From: an uncultured Pseudomonadales bacterium
Lineage (GTDB): Bacteria > Patescibacteriota > Microgenomatia > UBA1400 > CG1-02-47-37
Direction: 5' to 3'
DNA length: 64,000 nucleotides
Assembly: GCA_964630755.1 (NCBI GenBank)
Contig: CAZVYS010000001.1
Span: 25,893-89,892 of the forward strand
Below the pieces are notes generated by a model. It was not told the origin of the DNA and made no database searches. It was given only the letters and a program-made list of their open reading frames with translations. The position numbers were made by a program, and so were the translations under genes. Positions 42,499 through 51,376 of this stretch are shown here, piece after piece; position 1 is the stretch's first letter; every line of letters begins with the position of its first letter.

Positions 42499-44040
42499 TC
42501 AGTTGGCCACAGATTCTGTACGCAATTCTCGAATAACCGTAATTTTAATCTGGCCAGGAAAAGCCTTGACATCTTCTTTAACCTTATTTTTAATGTCATT
42601 GGCTAGCTTGGTAGCAGCGTCATCATCAATTTGATCTGGCTTTACTATAACTCTGACTTCACGTCCAGCTTGAATAGCAAAAGCAGAGTCAACGCCGTCA
42701 AAGGAATTAGCAATTTCTTCTAGTTGAGTCATACGCTGAAGATAACCTTCATGGTCATCATAGCGAGCACCTGGGCGAGAACCAGAAATAGCATCTGCAA
42801 TATAGACCAGTTTTGATTCAACTGAAGAAAAAGGTTTGTCTTCATGATGTTGCTCGACACAGTCAATCACAGCTTTTGGAATATTGAATTTTTTTAAGAA
42901 CTTCACCCCAAGTTCAACGTGAGTGCCTTCTTCATCATCAATTACCTTGCCAATATCGTGAAGCAGACAGCCTAAACGAACAATATTGCTGTCAGCGCCT
43001 ATTTCATGAGCTAATTTAATGCCAATTTTGGTTTCTTCAAGAGTATGAGTAATCATGCTTTGGCCGTAAGAAAATCGATATTTAAATCGACCAAGCATGT
43101 CCATAATTTCGCGAGGAAGATTGAAAACTTTAATAGCATGGCAAAGCTTTTCTCCTTCTTGGCTCATAATACGATTAATATCTTTAGTTACCTGTTTTAC
43201 CACCTCTTCGATACGAGAAGGTTGAATACGACCATCAGCCATTAATTTTTCCAATGCAACCCTAGCAATTTCTCTTCTGACAGAATTAAAACAAGACAAT
43301 CGAATAATACCTTCTTCGTCTAAGTCGACTTCGACTCCAGTGACTTTTTCAAAAGTACGAATATTTCTACCCTCACGGCCAATAACTCGACCCTTCATAT
43401 CTTCGTCAGCAACTTTGACAATAGAAACTGTGTATTCAGCTACATAATCAGTAGCACCATGCCGCATGGCTTCAACAAGTATTTCTTTAACTTTGTCCTG
43501 AGCTTCTGATTTGGCTTTTTCTTCAGCATCTTTAATAATTTGAGCAATATCTCTCGTCATCCGTTTTTGATAGGCTTTGAGGATTAAATCCTGAGCTTCT
43601 TGTTTTGTTAGTTTTGCGATATTCTCTAATTGAGTAAGTTGTTTTTGCTTAAGAACTTCTACATTTTTTTGTTCTTTTTGAATATGTTTTTGAAGGCCAG
43701 AAACACTTTTTTCGCGTTGCTCAACTGCTCCTAAACGATGGTCAAGCTTTAATGCTTCTTTCTGAACTCTATCTTTAAGTCTTTGAGTTTGTTGAATAAT
43801 TTCTTGAGATTGTTTGTCAGCTTGACGCTTGGCTTCAAAAGCTTTGTTTTTAGCTTCAAGAATAATTTCTTGAGCTTTGGCATGAGCTTGGGCCTGGGCT
43901 GCAGCTAGTTGCTGTTTTGATGGAACAACTTTTATTGATTGTGTTTGAGCGGGCTTTTTGACAGGTGAGGCGGATTTACTCTTGGTAGTATCAGTAGCTT
44001 TCCCAGCCATTAAATTTGAGAAACGAGATAAAAACGACAT
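42499..44040 (-). CDS. rny: ribonuclease Y
   Basis: Coiled-coil N-terminus, KH domain (GRVIGREGRNIR), HD domain (HTLEE...LLHDIGK). Length and order are typical of RNase Y. Confidence 0.8.
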   Translation of the reverse strand: MSFLSRFSNLMAGKATDTTKSKSASPVKKPAQTQSIKVVPSKQQLAAAQAQAHAKAQEIILEAKNKAFEAKRQADKQSQEIIQQTQRLKDRVQKEALKLDHRLGAVEQREKSVSGLQKHIQKEQKNVEVLKQKQLTQLENIAKLTKQEAQDLILKAYQKRMTRDIAQIIKDAEEKAKSEAQDKVKEILVEAMRHGATDYVAEYTVSIVKVADEDMKGRVIGREGRNIRTFEKVTGVEVDLDEEGIIRLSCFNSVRREIARVALEKLMADGRIQPSRIEEVVKQVTKDINRIMSQEGEKLCHAIKVFNLPREIMDMLGRFKYRFSYGQSMITHTLEETKIGIKLAHEIGADSNIVRLGCLLHDIGKVIDDEEGTHVELGVKFLKKFNIPKAVIDCVEQHHEDKPFSSVESKLVYIADAISGSRPGARYDDHEGYLQRMTQLEEIANSFDGVDSAFAIQAGREVRVIVKPDQIDDDAATKLANDIKNKVKEDVKAFPGQIKITVIRELRTESVAN

Positions 44041-44228
44041 ATATTATCCTTTTATGATATTTAGCAGATCCGATGTAGCTTCGGATAACTACAACTATAT
44101 TTAATGAATTGGGGTAAACAGCGAGATTACTCGCCCATTGAAGAGCTTGAGGTATTTATAAAATTAGGTTGATATAACAACATTAAATTTAACAATATCA
44201 CTATTTATCCAATACTAGTATTTTACGC

Positions 44229-44678
44229 CTATAGATTTAATCCGTCAATGCTTAAGTTAATAGAGTTAGAAGAAAAACCTCTAGAGTAGAGGTATTGATA
44301 GGCCTTTTGTTTATCTGTAAATTTTTTTAATTTTAATAGTTTTTTAGCTAGAGCTCGTTCTTGATCTATTGACAATAAAACTGAGTCGATATTCGATTGA
44401 TCAACTCCTTTTTGAATTAACTCACTTTTTAAGGCAAGGTTGCCTTTGGGTCGATGACTTGATCTTTGCTCAACCCACCAAGCAGCAAACTTTTGGTCAT
44501 TAAGCATGTCAAGTTCGATAAAATAATCAATCACTTCGTTTAAAAGACTAGCTGATGGTTTGAATTTTTTTAGTTTGAGTTTGATCTCAGCAATGCTTTG
44601 CGGCCGGAAAGATAAAATCTTGAGAGTTTTATTAATCAGTTTTTGGCGGACGGCCGCGTTGTTTTTTGGAGGTATCAT
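44229..44678 (-). CDS. recX: recombination regulator RecX
   Basis: Small helical-repeat protein immediately downstream of recA and overlapping it, with a RecX-like repeat pattern. Confidence 0.55.
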   Translation of the reverse strand: MIPPKNNAAVRQKLINKTLKILSFRPQSIAEIKLKLKKFKPSASLLNEVIDYFIELDMLNDQKFAAWWVEQRSSHRPKGNLALKSELIQKGVDQSNIDSVLLSIDQERALAKKLLKLKKFTDKQKAYQYLYSRGFSSNSINLSIDGLNL

Positions 44679-45675
44679 TGTTAGTTTGATTTTTAACTTT
44701 TTGCCAGATTTGGGTTTCGATTTTTTTAGATACTTTAGGATTATCAGCTAAATAGATTCTAGCAGCTTCTTTGCCTTGACCAATAACTTTTCCTTTGTAT
44801 TTATAAAAACTGCCGGATTTTTCAATAATATTATGTTCAACCCCAAGATCAATCAGGCCACCTAGTTTACTGATCCCAGAAACATTAAGAATGTCAAACT
44901 CGGCTTTTCTAAAAGGAGGGGCTACTTTGTTTTTAACTACTTTAACTCTGTGGCGAGAGCCAATGATAGTGTCACCATCTTGGATGTTGCCGATCTTACG
45001 ACAGTCTAAGCGAATTGATGAATAAAACTTTAAAGCTTTGCCACCAGAAGTGGTTTCTGGATTGCCGAACATAACGCCAATTTTCATTCTTAACTGGTTA
45101 GTAAAAATGACGACAGCTTTTGATTTTGCGATAGCTGAGGTTAGTTTTCTCATGGCTTGACTCATAAGTCTGGCTTGAACGCCGATCATGGCATCACCCA
45201 TTTCGCCCTCGATCTCAGCCTTAGGCACTAAGGCAGCTACTGAATCAACACAGATAACATCTACTGCTCCAGAGCGGATTAAGGTCTCGGTGATTTCTAG
45301 AGCTTGCTCGCCGGTGTCTGGTTGAGAAATAATTAAGTCATCAAGGTTAACACCAATAGTTTCGGCGCGTTGAGGATCAAGAGCATGCTCGGCGTCAATA
45401 AAAGCAACTGTGCCCCCCTGTTTTTGAGCTTCAGCAATAACATGAAGGCAAAGGGTGGTTTTGCCACTTGCCTCTGGACCATAGATTTCAGAAATACGAC
45501 CACGAGGTAGACCACCAATACCCAGAGCAATATCTAGGGTAATTGAGCCAGTTGGAATAACAGCTACTTTTTGATGCTGATGATCGCCAAGCTTCATGAT
45601 TGAACCTTTACCATATTCTTTTTCTATTTGCTCCATAGCCACTTTAATTGCTTGAAGTTTAGGGTCTTTGGACAT
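44632..45675 (-). CDS. recA: recombinase RecA
   Basis: Walker [10 protein letters not shown] and the conserved RecA core ([27 protein letters not shown]). Confidence 0.9.
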   Translation of the reverse strand: MSKDPKLQAIKVAMEQIEKEYGKGSIMKLGDHQHQKVAVIPTGSITLDIALGIGGLPRGRISEIYGPEASGKTTLCLHVIAEAQKQGGTVAFIDAEHALDPQRAETIGVNLDDLIISQPDTGEQALEITETLIRSGAVDVICVDSVAALVPKAEIEGEMGDAMIGVQARLMSQAMRKLTSAIAKSKAVVIFTNQLRMKIGVMFGNPETTSGGKALKFYSSIRLDCRKIGNIQDGDTIIGSRHRVKVVKNKVAPPFRKAEFDILNVSGISKLGGLIDLGVEHNIIEKSGSFYKYKGKVIGQGKEAARIYLADNPKVSKKIETQIWQKVKNQTNNDTSKKQRGRPPKTD

Positions 45676-45754
45676 AAATACCTTTCATTTGAGGGCAGAA
45701 GAAATAAATTACTATTATCAGCATAACAAAGATGTTAATAATTGCAAGTCAAAT

Positions 45755-46030
45755 TCATATTCCGTTAAAACTAATTTTTAACTCTCCACCAAATATATTA
45801 GCCAAGCGTTTTAAAAAGGAGACTGAAGTGGTAGTTTGAGCATTTTCAACACGGGAAATAACAGATTGTTGAGTTTTAAGTTTATTGGCTAGTTGTTTTT
45901 GAGTAAGTTGATGCTTTAAGCGAGCTTTGATAACAACTCTGGCGATTTCATATTCTACACGACTCTCTTTGAGAGCTTTTTTAAATTTTGGATTATTAAG
46001 AAGTTGTTTTTTGTGGGTTTGCCAATCCAT
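45755..46030 (-). CDS. XRE-family HTH protein (HigA-like antitoxin)
   Basis: HTH LTQKQLANKLKTQQSVISRVEN. Lies directly downstream of a Gp49/HigB-like toxin gene. Confidence 0.6.
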   Translation of the reverse strand: MDWQTHKKQLLNNPKFKKALKESRVEYEIARVVIKARLKHQLTQKQLANKLKTQQSVISRVENAQTTTSVSFLKRLANIFGGELKISFNGI

Positions 46031-46064
46031 ATGATGATATCATATCACAATATTGTGATATTAG

Positions 46065-46403
46065 TCAATTGAATATTTTTAATCTGTTTAAGGCAATTTT
46101 AATTTCTTTTTTAGGAATTTTTTGAGATTTTTTTACAAAAGCGTGAAGCATTAGAAAAATCTTCTTTGTCTGAGTAAGATAGAAAAAACGAATAGATTTT
46201 TTGCCAAGAATCCTTAATTCCCTTATAGGCGTATTTCTAATTTTTTTGACATAGGGTTGATTTAATTTTAGATTAAATTCAATCAATAACTCAAAAGTGT
46301 CGTGAACCTTAGCTTGAAGACTAACTGGTAAATCTTCGATAAAATCTTTAACTGGAATTTTTCCTGAAGACTTTTGATAATATTTTATTCTCCATTTGGA
46401 CAT
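46065..46403 (-). CDS. type II toxin, RelE/ParE superfamily (HigB / phage Gp49-like, DUF891)
   Basis: The C-terminal FFYLTQTKKIFLMLHAFVKKSQKIPKKEIKIALNRLK matches the Gp49-like pattern ...iyrifya.d.kkivvLlhgFiKKtqktpkkeie.a. Toxin-first order followed by an XRE antitoxin. Confidence 0.55.
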   Translation of the reverse strand: MSKWRIKYYQKSSGKIPVKDFIEDLPVSLQAKVHDTFELLIEFNLKLNQPYVKKIRNTPIRELRILGKKSIRFFYLTQTKKIFLMLHAFVKKSQKIPKKEIKIALNRLKIFN

Positions 46404-46462
46404 TAAATAATTAAATCAAATAAAACCCGAAGATGTCAAGAGTAAAAAATAGTATGATAAAA

Positions 46463-46533
46463 TTAATAAAAACGGGGATTAGTTTAATGGTAGAATACGC
46501 GGCTGGGGGTCGTGTGGCTTGAGTTCGATTCTC
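46463..46533 (+). tRNA. tRNA-Pro (anticodon GGG)
   Basis: Acceptor CGGGGAT/ATCCCCG with the C1:G72 pair and A73 (ProRS identity). D-loop AATGGTA (G18G19). Anticodon loop CUGGGGG (U33, GGG, G37). T-arm TTGAG-TTCGATT-CTCAA. Followed by a hairpin and TTCTTT. Confidence 0.75.
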
Positions 46534-46546
46534 AAATCCCCGACAT

Positions 46547-47212
46547 TTAGGTTGATATATCAGCCTTCTTTAAGAAGCTAATTAAATGCAAAAGATTGTC
46601 AATATAATAGTCTGCGTTGGTTGGTTGGTAATTATTAGGTAAGTTTTGAGTTAAGCAGATAGTAGTTATTTTACTGGCTTTTGCAGCATTAATGCCTGTT
46701 TGAGAATCTTCTAAAATATAAGAAGTTTGAGGATTAGCATTTAGTTTTTTTAAGGCATAAAGATAGCCGTCGGGATGAGGTTTGGATTTAAGCTGAGGGG
46801 TGTCGTTGACGGAAACAGTAACTGAAAACTGATTGGCAAACGGCAATCTAGCTAAAACTTTTTGAATCCATATTCGCCGCGAGGAAGACACAATGCCCAA
46901 TTTATATTGATTATTAGTTAAATAATTGACTAGCTTTTTTAAGTTAGGTGTAATTGGAGCCGTAGCATAAATCTCTTGAGCTTGCTGGTCATACCTTTTG
47001 ATAAATTGGTTTTTGGTACCTTTATACCCATACTCTTTTGCCCAATTGAAAATTGAGTTAAGATCACTGCCATAGGCTTTTTTTAATAAAAGCTTGGCTT
47101 TATTGGCGTTTAAGATTGAAGTGTAATATTTTAATTCTTTGGCTTGCCAGATTTTCTCACTATTAACAATAACTCCGTCCATGTCAAATAAAAAAACTTT
47201 GTTTTTTGTCAT
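46547..47212 (-). CDS. HAD-superfamily hydrolase (beta-phosphoglucomutase-like subfamily IA)
   Basis: Motif I VFLFDMDGVIVNSE (DxDGV), then motif II/III spacing. Confidence 0.6.
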   Translation of the reverse strand: MTKNKVFLFDMDGVIVNSEKIWQAKELKYYTSILNANKAKLLLKKAYGSDLNSIFNWAKEYGYKGTKNQFIKRYDQQAQEIYATAPITPNLKKLVNYLTNNQYKLGIVSSSRRIWIQKVLARLPFANQFSVTVSVNDTPQLKSKPHPDGYLYALKKLNANPQTSYILEDSQTGINAAKASKITTICLTQNLPNNYQPTNADYYIDNLLHLISFLKKADIST

Positions 47213-47216
47213 AAAT

Positions 47217-47987
47217 TTAGCTAGTTAAACAGAAAAAGCTACCGACAGGTGAAAACTCTTTTATGTGAACCTTTTGGTTATAAAAAACCGAGGCAGAGCC
47301 ACCATCTAGATTAAGAGCGTGTATAATTGGAGTCTTTAATTGGCTAGCAATAGCTATAACAATCTTGGGAGTATCGGCTAATAAGGGACCTAAAAATAAA
47401 GAGTCTGGTGAGGTAATAACCATGAAAAGCAAACTGCCATCTTTAGTTTGAGCAGCAATTATTCGTCGACGGAGTTGATCGTTACGGATTTTTAATGACA
47501 AGGGTTGAGAGTTTTGAACTAAGATTGGGCCAGATTGAAAACCAAGCTTAGAATCATCTTTTAAATAAGAGCTTATTGATAATCGATTGTTATTAACTGA
47601 TAAAAAACCGTTGAATAATTGACTGGTGATAGGTTTTGAGATTTCAGTTTTTTCAGAAACTAACCAACCTAAGGGCTTATAATCCTCTGAGTAAAATCCA
47701 GCGTTAACTAAGACTGAACAGTTATGTTTATCAATTAAATCTATTGAAGCTAGTTGATCTTTAAAATTGGGTAATAGTTTGAGTTTCTCAAATTGATCAA
47801 TGATAAGATGAGAGAAATAGTAAGTAGCACCATTGATAATAATGGGGTCAAGTTTTTCTCGGGTTAGATTTTCTTTTATTGCTGGTGAGGGAAGCGGTTT
47901 TTGAGTAATAGCTGGCTCGCGCTCGAGATAATAAAAAACAACTAAGCCTAAAATGGGAATAATTAAAAAAAGAAATAGTTTTTTCAT
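47217..47987 (-). CDS. secreted phosphodiester glycosidase-like (NAGPA domain) protein
   Basis: Signal peptide. The C-terminal ALNLDGGSASVFY resembles the conserved NLDGGGS of the phosphodiester glycosidase / DUF2233 family. Confidence 0.4.
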   Translation of the reverse strand: MKKLFLFLIIPILGLVVFYYLEREPAITQKPLPSPAIKENLTREKLDPIIINGATYYFSHLIIDQFEKLKLLPNFKDQLASIDLIDKHNCSVLVNAGFYSEDYKPLGWLVSEKTEISKPITSQLFNGFLSVNNNRLSISSYLKDDSKLGFQSGPILVQNSQPLSLKIRNDQLRRRIIAAQTKDGSLLFMVITSPDSLFLGPLLADTPKIVIAIASQLKTPIIHALNLDGGSASVFYNQKVHIKEFSPVGSFFCLTS

Positions 47988-49006
47988 AATTTAAAAGCGT
48001 TTAGTAATCTTCTAACTTCTGACGGCTTTGAGGCTTTCATTAACTGAACTCTTAAAACTAAGGCATTGTCAAAACCTTTTATATATATTTTAAAGAATCT
48101 TTTCAAACTATGGAATGATTTTAAATTATTATTGGTTTGTTCAAAAAGCTTGAGGTGACTTAATAAAAGGTTAATTTTTTGTTTAGGGGTTTTTGAGTTG
48201 ATGGTTTGATTAGGATTAAAAATATATGGATCAAGCAAAACTCCCCTGCCGATCATGATGCCATCTAAAGAGTGTTTTTTAATCATGCTTTTTGCTTCTA
48301 AAAGGCTTTTAATATCACCATTACCGATGATTTTGGTTTTGGGGCTAAGCTTGTCTCTTAAAATAATAATTTTTTTTAGTTCCTGCCAATGAGGTTTTAC
48401 CTCTGACAGTTCTTTTTTGGTACGAAGATGAATGGTTAGAGCATCTAGGTTCAAAGAGAGTAAAAAGCCAAGCCATTCTTCAGTTTGAATCGAGTTAAAA
48501 CCTAATCTGGTTTTGACTGAAACGGGAGTTTTTTGATTGGCTCCAATTTGGGTGGCTTTGATAATTTCTTTAGCTATTTTAGGAGCGTTGATTAAAGCAG
48601 CGCCAGCGCCTTTTTTGATGACCGCTTTAACTGGACAGCCAAGATTAATATCTATGCCGTCAAAACCAAGTTTGCAGAGGAGCTTAGCTGTTTGTTCAAA
48701 TAATTCTGGGGTGGTACCCCAAATTTGGGCAATGAGCGGTTTTTGCTTTTTTTGATATTGAAGACGTCTAATAGAAGCAGTTTTGTCGTGAGAGAAAATG
48801 GCCTTGACATGAGTAAATTCGGTAAACATAAGATCTGGTTTGCCTAGATCACACAAAAGCGACCTAAATACTTCGTCAGTGACTCCATCCATAGGAGCAA
48901 GACATATGATTGGTTTTTTTAACTCTTGCCAAATATTTATCATACTGAGATTATATAATAGACAGACATGGCAAAAGATAAATATACAGCAGTTTGGGTA
49001 TCGCAT
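47984..49006 (-). CDS. dus: tRNA-dihydrouridine synthase
   Basis: ICLAPMDGVTDEVFR (the FMN-binding Dus motif) and a TIM-barrel pattern. The likelier start is MINIWQEL. Confidence 0.75.
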   Translation of the reverse strand: MRYPNCCIFIFCHVCLLYNLSMINIWQELKKPIICLAPMDGVTDEVFRSLLCDLGKPDLMFTEFTHVKAIFSHDKTASIRRLQYQKKQKPLIAQIWGTTPELFEQTAKLLCKLGFDGIDINLGCPVKAVIKKGAGAALINAPKIAKEIIKATQIGANQKTPVSVKTRLGFNSIQTEEWLGFLLSLNLDALTIHLRTKKELSEVKPHWQELKKIIILRDKLSPKTKIIGNGDIKSLLEAKSMIKKHSLDGIMIGRGVLLDPYIFNPNQTINSKTPKQKINLLLSHLKLFEQTNNNLKSFHSLKRFFKIYIKGFDNALVLRVQLMKASKPSEVRRLLNAFKL

Positions 49007-49828
49007 TCGTCAATTTCTGATTGGCTAGTGTGTCCTCGGGCCTACTTTCTTAAAAACGTTTACAAAGATCCAAAAACTGGGCGAAAGATATCCTTGGTTA
49101 GTCCGCCGTTAACTTTAGGAAAGGTAGTTCATGAAGTAGTGGAAGGATTATCGGTTTTGCCTCTTGAAAAGAGATTTAACGAACCTCTTTTGGCGAAGTT
49201 TGAAGAAAAGTGGCAACAAGTGAGCGGTAGGGCAGGAGGTTTTTTTAGCAAAGATGTGGAAATGAAGTATAAACAGCGAGGCCAAGAAATGCTAAAGAGA
49301 ATTACTAGAAATCCTGGGCCTCTAAATCGTCTGGCAGTAAAAATCCAGATGGAATTGCCTTATTATTGGCTTTCTGAAAAAGATAATATTATACTTTGCG
49401 GCATGATTGACTGGCTTGAGTATCTTGAAAAAGAAGACGCTGTTGCTATTATTGATTTTAAGACTGGTAAAAAAAGAGAGAAGAAAGGTTCTTTGCAGCT
49501 GCCTATTTACTACTTGTTGGCGACAGAAACTCAAAAAAGAGCAGTTAAGAAAGCTAGTTACTGGTATGTTTCTTTAGCTGATAAACCAGTTGAGCAAAAA
49601 TTACCAGATGCTGCAAAGTCCCGAGAAAAAATCTTAAAGATAGCAAAAGAGATTAAGTTGGCTCGACAACTAGAGAGATTTAAGTGTCCGAATAATGGTT
49701 GTCGAGCTTGTGAACCGTTTGAGGACGTTATTAATGGTAAGGCAGAATTAGTGGGAACGGATAATATTAATCGTGATGTATATATTTATTTAAAAAACGA
49801 AGATCAAACTGAAGGGGAAATATTGTGA
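48968..49828 (+). CDS. PD-(D/E)XK nuclease, Cas4/RecB-like (DUF83), with a putative Fe-S cysteine cluster
   Basis: N-terminal Cys (CPRAYFL); core motif GMIDWLEY...AIIDFKTGKK (the D...ExK pattern); C-terminal CPNNGCRAC cysteines as in Cas4 / AddB 4Fe-4S nucleases. Confidence 0.5.
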   Translation: MAKDKYTAVWVSHSSISDWLVCPRAYFLKNVYKDPKTGRKISLVSPPLTLGKVVHEVVEGLSVLPLEKRFNEPLLAKFEEKWQQVSGRAGGFFSKDVEMKYKQRGQEMLKRITRNPGPLNRLAVKIQMELPYYWLSEKDNIILCGMIDWLEYLEKEDAVAIIDFKTGKKREKKGSLQLPIYYLLATETQKRAVKKASYWYVSLADKPVEQKLPDAAKSREKILKIAKEIKLARQLERFKCPNNGCRACEPFEDVINGKAELVGTDNINRDVYIYLKNEDQTEGEIL

Positions 49829-50154
49829 CAGATAAGAGGGGCAAAGTTTTAAGGTGGGTGGGTAAGATTCCTAAAGGCAAGGTGTCTACATACGGTCGGA
49901 TTGCAAAACTAGCAAAAGTTAAAAGTGCCAGGCCAGTTGGTAACTGGCTGCACACTCATGGTAAACCAATCAGTATTGTCCCCTGTCATCGGGTGGTAAA
50001 TGCTCAAGGCAAGCTTGCTTTAAATTTTGGAGCTAAAGGTGGGATAAAAACTCAAAAAAAACGATTAGAAAATGAAGAGGTTAAGGTGGAAAACTATAAA
50101 GTAGATCTAGATAAATATTTATGGAAGCCTACAGGGAGTCTATTTGAAAGTTAG
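49825..50154 (+). CDS. ogt: methylated-DNA--protein-cysteine methyltransferase (Ogt/MGMT DNA-binding domain)
   Basis: VSTYGRIAKL...PCHRVVNAQGKL, with the PCHRV active-site motif. Start overlaps the upstream nuclease gene by 4 nt. Confidence 0.7.
   Translation: MTDKRGKVLRWVGKIPKGKVSTYGRIAKLAKVKSARPVGNWLHTHGKPISIVPCHRVVNAQGKLALNFGAKGGIKTQKKRLENEEVKVENYKVDLDKYLWKPTGSLFES
50128..50150. repeat. degenerate palindromic element copy (CCTACAGGGAGTCTATTTGAAAG) in the last codons of ogt
   Basis: Left arm and core match the family (CCTACAGGGAGTCT); the right arm is decayed. Confidence 0.3.
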
Positions 50155-50594
50155 CGTTTAGGACTTTGCTTCTGCCTTCTGGCTTTGCCGCCTTTACCAG
50201 CTTGGCGACGTTGTCTTTTTCGTGGATCACGAGTAAGCAAACCTTTTTTTCTTAATAAAGGCTTAAATTTTTCCTCATCAGCTTTAACTAGGGATCTTGA
50301 GATGCCGTGGATAACAGCCTCAAGTTGGCTATTTTTACCAGAACCAACGACTTTAACAGTCACGTGATATTTTCCTAAAACGCTACAAACATTAAACGGT
50401 TGGTCAAATAATATTTGGTTAATTTTGCCAGGAAAATATTTAGAAACTGCTTGATCATTAACTAGAGAGTCGCCTTTTTTTCTAAACAATCGAATTCTAG
50501 CAATAGCTTTTCTTCTTCGACCAACTGCATGAATATAGTTTGCTTTAGGCATTTTTCTCCTTTTTAAGTTTGTCTTGATAGATATGTTGATCAT
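50151..50594 (-). CDS. rpsI: 30S ribosomal protein S9
   Basis: GRRRKAIARIRL... and the C-terminal ...GLLTRDPRK...KR. The likelier start is MPKANYIHAVG (about 50552). Confidence 0.85.
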   Translation of the reverse strand: MINISIKTNLKRRKMPKANYIHAVGRRRKAIARIRLFRKKGDSLVNDQAVSKYFPGKINQILFDQPFNVCSVLGKYHVTVKVVGSGKNSQLEAVIHGISRSLVKADEEKFKPLLRKKGLLTRDPRKRQRRQAGKGGKARRQKQSPKR

Positions 50595-50973
50595 CTTTAA
50601 AAACTTTTAAACGATTAAGCCTCATGTCTCGAAGTTTGTTTTTAGGCAACATGTTTTTTACAGCTGAAAAGATAATTTTTCTTGAATCCTTTTTTAATTG
50701 CTCTTCAAAAGTAATCTGTTTTAAACCGCTAGGATAGTTAGAATGACGGTAATATATTTTTTGTTTTTGTTTTCTACCAGTAACCTGGACTTTATCGCTG
50801 TTAATGACAACTACATAGTCACCACAGTCTAGATGAGAAGTAAAGTAAGGTTTGTTTTTGCCGATTAAGAATTGCGCTATGCTGGTGGCAATCCGACCCA
50901 AGACTTGATCTTTTACATCAACAAGGTGCCAAGCGCGTTTAATATCTTTAGGAGTGGTTGAGTAGGTTTTCAT
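50545..50973 (-). CDS. rplM: 50S ribosomal protein L13
   Basis: MKTYSTTPKDIKRAWHLVDVKDQVLGRIAT is a canonical L13 N-terminus. Confidence 0.9.
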   Translation of the reverse strand: MKTYSTTPKDIKRAWHLVDVKDQVLGRIATSIAQFLIGKNKPYFTSHLDCGDYVVVINSDKVQVTGRKQKQKIYYRHSNYPSGLKQITFEEQLKKDSRKIIFSAVKNMLPKNKLRDMRLNRLKVFKDDQHIYQDKLKKEKNA

Positions 50974-50974
50974 G

Positions 50975-51376
50975 TTATTTTTTCTTGGGTTTAGTTGGAG
51001 CGGGCTTATCTACTAACTCGACTCTGGCCATCATGGTATTGTCACCGCGTCTCTTGCCAATTCTTGTTACTCGAGTGAAACCAGAGGTGCGTTTCTTAGT
51101 TCGAGGGGCAAGTTCATCAAATAGCTTATGAACTGCCTTTTTATCAGGCAGAAAAGATAAAACTTGTCTCCGTGAAGACAAAGAACCAAGTTTAGCCTTA
51201 GTCATTAACTTGTCAACCAAGCCCCTAACAGCTTTGGCCTTAGCTTCAGTGGTTTTGATTTGCTCGTTTAAAATCAAGCCCTTAATAAGATCCTTAAACA
51301 AGGCCTTACGCTGCTTGATATTTCGACTCAGTTTTTTACCTTTTTTACGATGACGCATATTACTTAACAATAACAT
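50975..51376 (-). CDS. rplQ: 50S ribosomal protein L17
   Basis: MRHRKKGKKLSRN start. The likely true start is at 51358. Confidence 0.85.
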   Translation of the reverse strand: MLLLSNMRHRKKGKKLSRNIKQRKALFKDLIKGLILNEQIKTTEAKAKAVRGLVDKLMTKAKLGSLSSRRQVLSFLPDKKAVHKLFDELAPRTKKRTSGFTRVTRIGKRRGDNTMMARVELVDKPAPTKPKKK

